64,000 bases of DNA from Tubiluchus corallicola. Lineage: Eukaryota; Animalia; Priapulida. The notes beneath the pieces were generated by a model. That model was not told the DNA's origin and did not search any database. It worked only from the letters and a program-made list of their open reading frames with translations. Each line of letters begins with the position of its first letter. The first letter of the stretch is position 1. The position numbers and the translations under genes are program-made. Positions 11,801 through 25,332 of this stretch are shown here, in pieces. The stretch spans positions 696,447-760,446 of the forward strand of contig JAQGDQ010000013.1 in NCBI GenBank assembly GCA_030141605.1. Direction: 5' to 3'.

Positions 11801-14800
11801 AACTATCAGCCAGGAGAGTTTGTAAAGTCTTGACACGCCCCTTGCAACAGCTGTAAGTAGGAAGGTTGGTAGGTAGGTAGGTAGATAGGTATTTTGAATT
11901 GTAATCTTGACATCTAGCTAGATTATTCCAGAATGAGACAAATGTCTGTCTGTTTGTCTGATGCGTTGTGTTAGTTTTTGTCTGGTTTTGATTTTTGAGA
12001 GAACTCAGCTAATAGTCCGTGTGGTAATGAAACTCATACTTTATTGTTATTTTTTCAGATATCCTCCGTCAGAATATCCGGTTTTAGCTTTTGTTGGCGC
12101 TCCTGCAGATTTTCCAGTTGCTGAACATAATTTAAAACTGCATAAATATCTTCAGTGGTCGGAAGAATTTGACAAAAAATCTGATGAGTTTATCAAGGAT
12201 AATTTTCCCGATGGTCGTTTTGTCGGGATTCATTTAAGAAATGGCGTTGACTGGGTAAGTTTTCTATTTCGAAGTACAAAGTTTTACGAGTGAAACGTAA
12301 AATTCCTTCAGCTTTGCTGCCATTCCCTGAGTCGTTACTCAAGGTCAGTAAAATGCCAAAAAAACATTTACTCACAAAAAATTTTAACAGTCAGAATTGC
12401 CAATTATAAAGTTTCCAGTGTAAAAACCATACACTCATATCTCAGTTTGCCAGACAAAAGCGTTGAGATGCCGGTCCAAACTTTCCGATTGTCCATATTT
12501 ACCGATACTAAGCTAATACAGCAGGCACCGTATAATACAATAATTCCGCATAATTGACTCAATATTAAGTGCTGTTTTTTTGTAAGCCGGTACATTATTA
12601 ATTTGAATTTGTTGCCTGCTTGTTCACTGCAATTAATCTCATTACCAAAGCTTGTGAAAGCTAACCATTTAATCACTTGTCTAGTGGTTTTCTTTTGAAG
12701 CCCTCGTTGAAAATCACGCTTGATCAGTTAACAGTCAAGGATGCAGGCATCATACAGGTACAGTAATGCTACAGATACAGGTAGGGCTTTTATAGTGCAT
12801 ACTAAGTCGATGATTCATACTTCTATACTAGTAATACTACTTCTGTCCTAGTTAATAGGTTCAGTCGGTTAATTGGGTCAAAAGACTTTCGTCCCAAAGT
12901 GAGTCTATTAAGTGGCGCCTACTGTATCTAAAAAACGAGCATATAAGGAACTAACAAATGGTGATGCAATAATTGAAAGGGAAAATTTTTAAAGATTACG
13001 CTTGACAGATATCGATCATTCATCTCTAATTTTAACCTTTACAGCTAATAAAGTTTTTTATGAAGTAAAGATTTACGTTTGTTTTTCAAGTTGTCAAGCA
13101 AAACTGAGCCAATCATTTTGAAATACAGTATGAGGATTCCCTGTTTAGTGACGTTTCGTTTTAACAACGATGAACATTTGACACCATTTTCTTTCTTAAT
13201 GACGTACCATTTTGTTTCAACGACAATTTTTTTACTTTGCTCACAGCTATTTCTTATTTTATCTTCAACTTTTTTTACCTAATTTGAAGCATTAAAATGG
13301 TTCATATTGCGTTATTCTATTCTAAAATCGCATTAGTAATTTAAATAGCGCAATTATTATAATGTTTTTGCTGCCTGACTGACTACGTATTAAATTCTAG
13401 CCGTTTGTATCAAGCGACACCCAAATTTAAACTTTATGCCAAGGAATATTATCTGTAACCTGTTGATATAACAACCAGATTAGTTCTACATGAAATTGTT
13501 TCAAGGTCGCTCCATTCAAAGCTTGGCTTTTACTACATAGTGTTTGACACGCAGTGTTTAAACGGAAGGAGAAATCACTAGCAAGTCTAGCTAGATCCTG
13601 GAAAGAAAGAAGATGGTTTCAAGCAAACAGAAAGAAATTAGTCAGTAGAAATATAAATAAACTCATAAAATGTTTAATTTATATGATTTAAGCAACTTCG
13701 AATGCATTAATAATTGGTTCTGGAATGTATCTCAATTTGTTTACATTACTTCCTATGGAAGTTATTGGTTTTGTTTAACTATGTTTCGCTTAACGTCGCA
13801 TTTTGCTGAAAAGCAGTAGTGTCGCTAAGCGAGGACTCACTGTACATCAGCATTCTGTAAGTGGAACAGTACATGTAGTGAACATAGTGTTACGGTTACG
13901 CCAGAAGTTACTCTTGATCAAAATTTACGTGTGAAAATGGCCATTGTTTAATTACAGAAAAATGCCTGTGGTCATATTGATGTCAGTCCAAACATGTTTG
14001 CTGCACCTCAGTGCCTTGGTTACCGTGGAGAACGTGGTGATGGATACCCTGAGCTGTGCAGACCACCACGAGATGTTATTATGAAACAAGTTAAAAACGT
14101 TCTGAAGAAAACCAAAGCAGCTGGTTTGTTTATAGCTACGGATGACGATTCAATGTTGCTGGAGTTCCAGAAAGAATTAAAAAAATTGAATGTAAGTAAT
14201 GTGCTTGCTTTATCAGCAAAGTGGCATTAAAGATGTGCCAAAATCGTTTCATCAATATTTTGTCTAATAAATTTAAAAAATAACCTTCTATGCATGTAGG
14301 TGAACGTGAAATTTTTTAACTGCCCGAAGGCACGTTCCACAAATCTATATTTCGGCTAATATTTACAATTCCCCACTCACAAGAAATTTGTTTGTGAAGC
14401 GGATTAGGATTAGGGTTACTGTTATGGTTAGGTTATCTAAATTGTGTGGAGAATTCTAAACTTCTTCCCTAATTTCAAATTTCGTAAGTCTAATTAAAAT
14501 GCGTAATGCCTCAAAAACCAGAAAAAGTGAAGTAAATTTTTTTTACCACTAATGAACTATTTGTAATATTTTTCTGCTCATTTGCCATCAGTGTTGCAAC
14601 ATCGCTACAATTCACACAACTTAGCAGCCTTTTAAGTGTTGCAACATTGCTACAATTCACGCAACTTCGCAGCCTTTTAAGTGTTGCAACATCGCTCCAA
14701 TTCACACAACTTAGCAGCCTTTTAAGTGTTGCAACATCGCTTCAATGCACACAACTTAGCCACCTTTTAAGTGTTACAACACAGCTCCAACGCACACAAC

Positions 14801-16050
14801 TTAGCAGCCTTTTAAGTGTTGCAACATCGCTCCAATTCACACAGCTTAGCAGCCTTTTAAGTGTTGCAAAACAAAATAGAAAAACAAACAAACCTGAACA
14901 CACAGGTTTTTACACACAGTGTAATAATTTGTAATATCTCTGTTATAAACTTACAGCAGTGGTAAACTATTTGTATCGATAGGTGGTAGGTTATCGAAAT
15001 AAACAGTAGTGTTTAAAATTATTAACCTAATTATTCTGAATACCAAACACAGTAGGCCCTCCCATTTATTACACTCACTGTTAATAGAATCAGTTGCCTA
15101 ATTGAATCAATAAGTGTTTGGTATGGACCACTGCTTTTCAAATGTATGTAAAAACTGATGGCAATTGACTCAAATAACTACATGTAATTGACTAAATTTT
15201 TTGCTTTAGGACCTAAAGTTTAGGTACTTATAATACAACACTTGTGTGTAACCAAAGAGCTTTTACTACTTTTATGTCATTTTTACTTTTCTTTTCTGCT
15301 CTATGAAGTACATAGAAACAATCATGTTAAGTACTGTTGTGTTTGTAAACAGGTACGTTTATCATGCGCTAATATGCTAGCTAGCAGTTTTGCTTTGAAT
15401 CTGTCACCAGCTCATACATTGCAATTTATCTGGTTTCCTAAAATTTATGGAAGCTAAACTTTTTATCACCTATCTAGTGGTTTTAAAAATGCTTGCCACT
15501 TTTCGCTGAATGTTAATTTAATCAGTTAACTGTTGTTGTTATGTCACCGATGTAGTGGAAATAACCTGCCAGTATTCTTTGTGTCTTTAAAAGATTAAAT
15601 GTCGTAGAGCAACTAAGCAAATGCAGTTGATTTTGAAAAAAACAGCTGAACATTTCCATGAAGATCTAATATTTAAAGCTCTTATGGCCTTTGCAAGTTA
15701 TACTGATAATACTGCACCCGTCGGCTAATAGATTCACTTGGTTAATCGGGTCAAAGACTTGTATACCAAAGTGAGTTTATTGAGCAGCACATGTTGTATT
15801 ACTTTTTTTACTGAATTGTTAAACTTGTAAATATTTTCAGATAAAAATAGTTAGAGGTCATCACAATTCGCCACATCTAGACTTAGCCATCCTAGGAAAG
15901 TCAGTACACTACATAGGCAACTGTGTTTCTTCTTTCTCTGCATTTGCTAAGCGTGAAAGGGACGTAAAGGCGCTGTCGTCATCATTTTGGTCATGGCCAA
16001 GAGAAGAATTCTTTCCAGTGCAGAAAGAAGGTAGCCATGATGAATTTTAA
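5806..16050 (+). CDS. POFUT1: GDP-fucose protein O-fucosyltransferase 1, 7 coding exons, ~404 aa
   Basis: Exons 5806-5959, 7400-7512, 9306-9432, 10098-10278, 12059-12254, 13958-14191, 15841-16050 join in consistent phase. Motifs [58 protein letters not shown]; N-terminal hydrophobic signal; C-terminal ER-retention-like HDEF. Confidence 0.96.
6670..6850 (+). repeat. Dispersed repeat with a ~40-bp internal unit (x3); second copy at 11146-11240
   Basis: TGCTTCATGTCAACGTGCTACCTGCCTGTACCAATTTTCTGCACATAA...TGCTTCTTGATCT..TTATAGCAGG occurs at both sites. Confidence 0.7.
7733..8301 (+). mobile_element. Kolobok-like MITE family A, copy 1 (right end degraded)
   Basis: TTAA|AGCAAAACCGGATCC...CTGTAGGTCAAAACAATC start; body shared with copies at 23975, 30112, 37883 and 47750. 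Confidence 0.8.
8621..9038. mobile_element. hAT-type MITE
   Basis: TIR CAGGGCCG...CGGCCCTG with exact 8-bp TSD TGTTAGTG (8613-8620 and 9039-9046). Confidence 0.85.
9480..9722 (-). mobile_element. Partial copy of Kolobok-like MITE family B
   Basis: Reverse complement of the left part of 49443-49896; ends at TTAA 9723-9726. Confidence 0.7.
10331..11030 (+). mobile_element. Tc1/mariner (pogo/Tigger-like) MITE
   Basis: TA|CAGTAAGTCCTCGCTTAACG ... CGTTAAGCGAGGGCTTACTG TIRs. A homologous inverted copy lies at 13127-13842 and a right-end fragment ends at 7141 (GGACTTACTG|TA). Confidence 0.85.
13127..13842 (-). mobile_element. Tc1/mariner-like MITE, inverted copy of the 10331 family
   Basis: Ends GCTAAGCGAGGACTCACTG|TA; the reverse complement aligns by eye with 10331-10550 and 10960-11010. 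Confidence 0.8.
14590..14869. repeat. 45-bp minisatellite, ~6.2 copies (POFUT1 intron 6)
   Basis: Unit GTGTTGCAACATCGCTCCAATTCACACAACTTAGCAGCCTTTTAA starts at 14591, 14636, 14681, 14726, 14771, 14816 and 14861. Confidence 0.95.
15051..15799. mobile_element. Degenerate Tc1/mariner-like MITE; related right end at 12845-12926
   Basis: CAGTAGGC... left end; the right end GGTTAATCGGGTCAAAGACTT..CCAAAGTGAGT..TGTA is shared with 12860-12926. Confidence 0.5.
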
Positions 16051-18249
16051 AACTTTGGTAAGTTTTTGTTTTATTAATATTGTTCTGAGAAAAAAATGTG
16101 TGCAGTTCGTCAGCAAGTAACACAACTGAACTGAGAAGTACAACACCTGTGTTTTGTGCAATACTTTTCCGAAATGCTAGACGCTAACACCCGTTTAATT
16201 GGCGAATGGCGAAATGCACGTAACAGTGGAGAACTAGTGACACGAACACGATATTGTGTTTATGTGGTAATAATTCTTTCACGTTAGTCATTTTTGAAAA
16301 AAAAATAGTATGTTTCCTTTCAATATTTTAAAAAGTAGATTGTTTTCACCTACGGTTTTTGATTGGGTCCAGTTTTGCTTTAAATGCCACTGAAATATTT
16401 TTCCCAGATAATAATTATGACAAAGTTGAAATTGCCATCTGTGATTATAAATTGATAGTGCCTGGTAACCTTTTCACAAGTATTTGCAAAAAAAAAAAAA
16501 AATTTAAATAAATATTTTTAAGAGCAACAAGTGTCTAACAGCAGACTGTAATTGCTCTGGGAAAGAAGCAGCACCTAAGGTTAAGTCATCATGATCAACA
16601 ATCTACTTTTCCTCATATGATTAATAATATAACCTGAATCTTGGCGCAAATTACAAGGAAGATTTTAGTTTCTTTTACCAAAAGTTGGGGTTAGAAAAGT
16701 AGATTTTTATTAAAGGTAGATGAGAAAAAGCTTTAGAAAAGTACGTATTCCATACACAATCAAGCGATTTAGTTTAGAAGAACTGGAAAAAATAAAATTT
16801 GGCTGATATGCTGTTCTGCCGTGTTTCTGCTTTGGAACTTGCGACCAGCGGTCAGTGTCCTTTCTGCTTCACCAAATGACAAACTTAATAATTATTCCGT
16901 GTTTCAGTTTTTTTCAATTGAAGAACTGTTTCTCCATTTTTCTTGATTTATTCAGCTGTCTGTAGCTGTTGCTTTCTGGCTTAAATTTTAGTCCCATTTT
17001 CATTTGAAGATGAAAAATTTTTCACAATTGTTGATTAAAATTCTCAGCAGTAAGAGAACAAAATTTGTGAAGAACTGAATAATGGAAGCGTAAATGAATT
17101 TTGCATTTTTAGGCTTGAAGTAAAAAAAATATAAAAAAATTGGATTAGTAACGGTAAACTAAACAGAAACTATATTTTTATGTTGTTAACATGCCTAATA
17201 GGTGGCGCTGCAGTGTCATACTTTATGCGATTTCCTGGTATATGTACCAAAAATGCAAATTTGTTTGCGTTCTTTCAAAACTATATTTCTACTCTTTCTG
17301 AAAAATATTAGGAAAAAATCGTTGGCAAAAGCTCTAGGGCTGTTACTATTATGGCAGTACATTATCACATTGCAATAAAGTGCTACTACACAAGCAATAC
17401 AGCTTTACTCTTGCAAACACTGATTTTTTTGGTACATCATCATCGGGTTTATTATCTTACTATGACTTTTGTCATATATCTCAAAACTTGAATTAAATTA
17501 AGGTAATGTTTGTATGTTTTTATTGTATAATATAGAGCTAAATGTTCGATATAATTATTACCAAATAATGAGTAATTTTAAAAGCAGTGTGACTGCTTTG
17601 TGCTTTCCTGTTTGTATATTGTATAAATGTAAATTGATTTGTTTTGAGTAAATTGCAAATAATGAAAACATCACAATTTTTTATTTACTGACAATATAAG
17701 AAAGATGTTTGCTGCATTTAATTTTGTGCGTAATAATAAACTCATTAGGAATAATAAAGTAATTTGCACATTTAAATTATGGCTATAATAAGTAACTGCG
17801 GTTTCCAAAATACTCTCATATGGCGTATGCATTTTATTTAAAAAATTAATTTATAATAGAATAATGCACACTACAGTATACAAACAGCAACCCCATACCG
17901 TACTACCATCTGCTTTTTGCCTTGAGCATTAAAACCAGTACAACGCTCCGTTCAACGGAAATCTATTTTGAAGTACTGGTTTGGTAGCGATAATTCCCGG
18001 AGGGGTGTGTTGGTAGTAAGCTTTATACAAAAATATTGTTTAAGCATTGTTTGCAGTTGATGTTTAGCTAACTGTAACCCAATTTATGAGTTCAAACAGT
18101 TTGCCTTTCAGTTGTGTAAATTTATGGGTTTTCTTGAGTATTTTTTATTAGTTTTTCATTACACAATAACTCCCACCCCTGTGCTCGAAATCTGCTAAAC
18201 CGTTTACGCAAGTCTGATTCACTACTTCATGTTCAGTTGGCGCGCCAGT

Positions 18250-18360
18250 TATCAGCTAACGTCATTTATTCACAGTTTCATTGGCTCTCATTTCTAGTAG
18301 GCGTGTCCCATGTTGACGTCACGAAAGCCTATTGGGCGACTTAATATTGTTGATGTCACG
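18250..18360 (+). promoter_or_regulatory. IER proximal promoter with CRE/ATF sites
   Basis: Perfect CRE TGACGTCA at 18314-18321, variant TGATGTCA at 18351-18358, TAACGTCA at ~18257, and reverse CCAAT (ATTGG) at ~18280 and ~18331. Confidence 0.6.
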
Positions 18361-18532
18361 CTTACTATTTCTTCGAATAACAAAGCACGGCTTTCGCCAG
18401 TTGGGTTCGTGCCAGCACGTTGTGATGGTGTAGTTGATCATATTGCTTTATTGTTTAACCGCTTGTTTTACGTGTGAAGTGGTAGTAACGTCATTATTTT
18501 TTCAAATAAAGCTGTAAGACTTTACTGACTGA

Positions 18533-19387
<855 letters not shown>

Positions 19388-22300
19388 CCTCATGTGATAC
19401 AAGCCATGTAATTTGTACCAAGAAGAGCTAATGATTTGGCTAATAGTAATAGGACTCTGTGAAGCAAATTCAGTTATCAAGTGCCTAAGCGTTAACACGT
19501 TTGTTTTTTGGAAAATTTTACTGCCAGAGCTGATTTTGATCTTCATTTGATGCCATAGTTGTTGTTGAACTCACTTGAGCTCTATCATTATTCCTGTGAT
19601 TTTGTGCACTGATTGTACTTTTTCTTAACATCTTATAAATGAAACAGAAATGCCTCCAACACCGTTTTTGGTCAAAAATAGCATGTCATACCTACCTTTT
19701 TTAACTTATACGATGGCCCTTAAAAACTACATATTTTTGTGCCACATGTGAAGTCGTAACTTAAAATATTGTATATAGAAACACTGAAGAAAGTGTATAA
19801 ATTAATTTGTAAAAAATCAAAAAGTATTATTTTTGTCAAATTTGTTTGTTGTAGTTACTTAGATTTTGTACAGTTTGTATTAAGTAAATTGTAAGGGTTT
19901 AACCCAGGTATTAATTTTGTAAATAATGTTCAATAAAATATTATTTTGTCATACACTGAGAATTATTTCATCTGTTTTCATTCTTTCAATAGACAACTTA
20001 TCAGTTAAAAGTTTAAGACCTTAAATTAAATTTCACAACTGACTACTGGAGTTTGTCTGCTCAACCAAAAATTTACTAATGTGCTTAAAAACTAATGTAG
20101 CTTCAAAACTACTTGAAAATTTACCATTTTTCATAGCCAATTGACCATTGCAAAGTTGTGAGATCTTGTAAAAGTTGCTTTGTCTGTGGATTGATTTTCT
20201 ACAAGAGCAATTCGTGTGCACACAAAACTGCAACCGATGAATTATTTGAGTTCTCTGGTTAAGGATCGTCAATTATTATATTAATGTAATGAATCCACAG
20301 AATAGTAATTATTTTATAGTTGCTAAGCTATTATAACGAAGGATCTGCTTTGGTAGCAAGGCGTGTGTTGTCTAATAACTATGCAGTTGGACAAGGCCTT
20401 GTATTCCAAAGATCTTGCAATCAAACCTAGGTTGGGTATCTGTCTGAATTACTTTTACGCTGTCTGAATTAATTTGATTTAAAAGATTTACCATGTGCAG
20501 CAAGTTACTTTAAATATAACAGATACATGACTGATAACTTCTGAACAGTACTAAGGTGATAACGTAGTCAAGAATTCCAAGTTTCTTGGAGTATGCTCAT
20601 ATTTTCGTTAATTTCCGTAATGCTCCTTACTTTGGTTTTGTTTGGGGTGATTGGTGTAAAAGAACAGAATAATAATGTATAAATGCTTACAGGATGGTGG
20701 TGAAATTGCTGATTTTAAATGTACAGTATAGTTTCTCTCATATACTGTGTAATAGCAGCAGTAGTAGTAGTAGTAGTAGATTTGTTCTCCATAATAAATT
20801 ATGTGTTTTTCTACGACAGATCATTTTTTACAATTAACAAAAATTTACGGAGCATTTTTAATTACAGTGACGTGTATCGTGCCATATTAAATATTTCAAT
20901 GACAACAGAAACTATTTTTGCACATTCACAAAAGCACGGAGGAGTGCATTTTACAAATATACTCGTGTACACAGTAGACATTCAGCAAATTTATATATTC
21001 CATCAAAATTGTACATTAGATCGGAGAGCGTAGAATTTTCATATTTCATAATTTTCGTGTCAGTTCAGTTCTTTTACGCCTCAGATTAAAATGTTCCTCA
21101 TCCTCTATAAATACATTTGTGTGACAGATTTCACACATTCGTTCTACTCTAGGTTTTTGTTGCCTTCGGCCCTTTTCAAATAGCCAAACCATGACAAATT
21201 AGACATAATCGTACAACATTTCTACAGGCCGTGGTAAACAATTTTTACCAAACTGTTTTTACTAAACAATAAATGTCTACTACATCTCTTTTTTGGAACA
21301 AAGACTGGTGCTTCATCTATAAAGTTAAGACCACATTCACTAATGTGGCATTTTGGCATGGTGCCAAAGTTTGAGGAAGTGACGTTACTATGTACAGTAG
21401 GTAGCATGCATAATTTAACTTTTGCACGAGTCAACGTCAGAACTTGGTAATTTAACATTTTAATACCAAAGAATTTCACATATTAACTATGAGAGCAGAT
21501 AATTATGTATAACAGAAGTAGCAGTATTATTATGGTGGCATTTATAAGTGTATGTCTTCTTTCGGCAGTCTAAAAATCTGACTATCTCGGCTAGGAACAT
21601 CAATAATTTTTAGACGAGTGAAACTTTTCCGTTGAGTAATAGCGGTGTATTGTCCTGAATCGCTGGACCGTAGTTACTGGTTCAGCGTCTACGTGACGTC
21701 AAAACTAGTTTTCCTTGTCTTCAGGGACGGTCGTAGACGCAGGTGTGCTTATAGCGTTATTGCTCTCTGAACACTTGCAATGCGTGGGTTTCTGGCTTTA
21801 ACCATAACAGATAAACTCCCAGTTGAGTAAATTATATCTGTAATGACTTTCCCGTCTTTCCCTTATACGAGACTCATATATTTACTCAGTTAATAACACT
21901 ACCCAGTTTGTAACATTTGCCGAGACAAGATTAAGAATTTTATTTTCCATTTTTATACGTCGTTGCTCTTAGATGAATGCATAATTTTGACATGACGTGC
22001 GTTTCTCAAACTTTTAGAAAATGTAAAAAAATATCAAGATATTATATTAGGCAGAAAGTATAATAAGAAAGAAAGGCGGATATAATTATGTAACATACAT
22101 GTTCACTGACAAGATCTTTACGCGCGATATTGTAGTTTTTAAACAGCCGAATAATACTAACTATCGTGTCGAACTCGTACAGTGTTGTATGCATGCGAAT
22201 ACATTTTTATGTGAACGTTACTTTAACTTGGCAACACCCCAAGGGCGTTCTCTGCGTTGTTTGCAAGCCTTGGCACATTGCCAAAACTGTGCAAGCGCTT

Positions 22301-22411
22301 GACTGCAGCTGGTTACTGCTGTTTGAAACGCATTCAAGGCACGCTGAGGGTTACTGTACTTTGAGCCGTTTAACTTACTGTAGCATGCTGTATCGATGTT
22401 AGACGCTCAAC

Positions 22412-23284
22412 ATGGCGACTTACATACCCAGGGTGGAACAGCTTTCTGCGAGAGTTATTCGAGTGTTGGGCTGTAATCCTGGACCAAAAACGTTGCGTGG
22501 AACTAATACTTACTTGATAGGGACAGGAAACCGCAGAATACTGCTGGATACGGGTAACAGTGGTTTTCCAGAGTTCATTAGCAATCTTCAAAATGTGTTA
22601 AAAGAACGTAACGTCGGAATTCAAGAAATATTAGTTTCGCATTGGCATCCAGACCACGCTGGGGGCATTTTGGATGTAGTAGAAAGTTGTCGTGAACCGC
22701 TAAAGGTGTCAAAATACCCTCAGCAAGCTCGCGATGATGGCAATCCGTCTGATAACATTCATTACACATTCTTGGCTGATCATTCAGTTGTAAGGACAGA
22801 CGGTGCGACTCTGAGAGCTGTCCACACTCCTGGACACAGTGATGACCACCTGGTATTTGTCCTGCAAGAGGAAAACGCCGTGTTTTCCGGTGACAATATT
22901 CTTGGTGAAGGAACTACAGTCTTCGAAGATCTACACGATTATATGAATTCACTGAACACAATTCTAAACCTTAAACCGGACAAGATATATCCCGGTCATG
23001 GCCCAGTGATATGTGATCCTATAGACAGAATAAATGAGTATATAAAACATCGTATGTTGAGAGAGAGTCAAATATTTTCCGTTTTACAGCAGGCAACAAC
23101 GCCACAAACTGCCATGCAACTTGTGAAGACAATTTACACAGAAACTCCTGAAGTATTGCATGAAGCTGCTGCTGGCAATGTCTTATTGCATTTAGCTAAG
23201 CTTGTCAAAGATAAAAAAGTAGAAATGATAGACGAGGGTCAGTCAGATCCGTTATGGAAAGCTATGAATCAGTCATCGCTGTAA
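22412..23284 (+). CDS. LACTB2: Endoribonuclease LACTB2 (metallo-beta-lactamase fold), intronless, 290 aa
   Basis: RVIRVLGCNPGP.TL.GTNTYLIGTG, HWHPDH metal motif, TPGHSDDH, FSGD.ILGEGTTVFEDL, IYPGHGP and a C-terminal winged-helix-like region. AATAAA at ~23353. Confidence 0.95.
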   Translation: MATYIPRVEQLSARVIRVLGCNPGPKTLRGTNTYLIGTGNRRILLDTGNSGFPEFISNLQNVLKERNVGIQEILVSHWHPDHAGGILDVVESCREPLKVSKYPQQARDDGNPSDNIHYTFLADHSVVRTDGATLRAVHTPGHSDDHLVFVLQEENAVFSGDNILGEGTTVFEDLHDYMNSLNTILNLKPDKIYPGHGPVICDPIDRINEYIKHRMLRESQIFSVLQQATTPQTAMQLVKTIYTETPEVLHEAAAGNVLLHLAKLVKDKKVEMIDEGQSDPLWKAMNQSSL

Positions 23285-23974
23285 TTGTATCGTATCACTG
23301 ACTGTTACATTAATGTAAAAAGTTGTGGATTTCTTATTATTACATGCATTGAAATAAAATTATCTTTTTCGCATTTTGTCAATCCTTATACATTTTTGTG
23401 CTTTAGTGACGGTGTTCCCCCTAAGAAGTGATTTTCTTAATAACCAGACGCTTACTAATGTGCAGCATGTTCTTATATTGCTAGCTATTTATACATGTAG
23501 GGTTGCGTGCCGTACCTTATATACGGGACAATACCTTATATATTTGATAATTTTATGCCGTCCCGTACTGATCTTTCAGGTACACGCAAATGTCCCGTAT
23601 TTAGTATTTTCAAATTTCGTAATAAAAATTTATTTTTACTACCTTCTTGAGGTTCTTACTTGTAACTTTATAAGTAATTATACTTTCAATTTTATTTTAC
23701 ATAGTTTTTATGCGTAATATGCATACAGCTGTACATATTTAAATACTTTATCACAGATAACTGATCTGATAAGAAGCTGGTATTGTTGATGATGACGACG
23801 ATGATGACACATATAGATGATATGAGAAGTTTCAGCCAGTGTTCATGAACTCGTTAATTTTTGTTTTTGTTGTGTCACCAAGTAACTTTAAGAACTTTTA
23901 CTTTGTTAGTTATTGACATCTAAGCTCTGTTTTTTAAACTTCTATGTTAATTTCAGTCTTAATCTGCTCTTTAA

Positions 23975-24710
23975 AGCAAAACCGGACCAAATCTTAAGCT
24001 GTAGGTCAAAACAATCTACTCTTTAAAATATTGAAAGGAAACATACTATTGTTTTTTTCAAAAATGTCTTACGTGAAAGAATTACTAACACACAAACACA
24101 AACGAACTCGCGTTCGCACCGCTAGTTCTTCGCTGCTTACATACATTTCACCTTTTGCTAGTTAGACGGACACCAGTGCCTGCATTTTGGAAACGTGTTG
24201 CACACAAAAAGCTGGTGCTATATCTCTCAGTTCAGATGTGTTAGTTTGTGATGAACTACACACGTTCGACAGCTCATGCTAGCTAGGCGGATACCAGTGC
24301 CAGCATTTTGGAAATGCATTGCACAAAAAGCAGGAGCTGTACCTGTTAGTTCAGATGTTTTAGTTTGTGATAAACTATACACGTGCGACAGCTCATTCAT
24401 GCGTGAGCGCAGCAGTAAATTGGAATAAAACTTGCCTAGTTTTAGTACAACACATTGAATAGCTTGCAGTAGCACTGTAGTTCAATTTTCGCTTTCGCAA
24501 ACACGTGCAACATGCTCATGGAATATTTTTGCTGTTGAAAATTGTGTTCGTTTGTGATGTCATCAATAGTTGGGCTCGCCTGCTGTTAATAAACTTTTTA
24601 ATCTATTATTTAATTATCAGAAACACTTTTCCAGTGTTAATTGTGTAAAATGTATCCTTTTTATCGGACTTGAAAATGGGGGAGTATATGAAAAATCACC
24701 ATGCCTTCCT
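23975..24710 (+). mobile_element. Kolobok-like MITE family A, copy 2 (complete, with ~125-bp internal duplication)
   Basis: TTAA on both sides (23971-23974, 24711-24714); imperfect TIRs AGCAAAACCGG / ...ATGCCTTCCT. Confidence 0.85.
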
Positions 24711-25332
24711 TTAAGCTAGTAACAAAATAGTTTGAAGTGATTATTTATTAGCTTTACTTATTATTAGATATCGTTTTTATGTCTAACCTGTATTTTCTAT
24801 GAAATATTAGTAAACGAACTTGGGGTATAGCAGTATACCACTAGTAGGGAGTATCATTTGCTTATTTCTTGGGTCTTCTATCTTGGGTCTTATTCGCACT
24901 TTCATGCATGAACCCCTCTTTTCTATATTTCTCAACTTTCCCTGTAATTAAGTTCCTGTTACTGTGGCGAGGGTTCGTTATTTCAACAAATAATTATGTG
25001 CAATGTACTGAAGGCTTAACAGTAAATTGCATTTCTAGTCAAACTGCGTGGCTAAGTATCACCGTTTAGTGAAACTAAGCATTCAGAGCCTCATGTATCG
25101 CATTCCTGCTGTACCGCAGTCTGGTGCACAATAAGACCACCTGCCCAATCCGGTAACGCCCAACATTCGAGCATGTCCAACAGTCACGAGATGTATTTCT
25201 GGTGCTTTTGGTCATAACTACAAAGCTGCATAGTGTACAGCTTTAAACTAGCCTTTGTTGCCGTTCATTTTCATTTCTCTGTTATTGGTGTGGTCTACAA
25301 TCGTTTACAATATTGATGATACGAAATCACTA

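Noticed and set aside
14511-14934. 45-bp array as a CRISPR or repeat-protein ORF
   Set aside because: Units are contiguous with no unique spacers, there are no cas genes, and the context is a eukaryotic intron; the ORFs arise because 45 is a multiple of 3.
22412-23284. Horizontally acquired bacterial beta-lactamase
   Set aside because: The sequence follows animal LACTB2 along its whole length and has a polyA signal.
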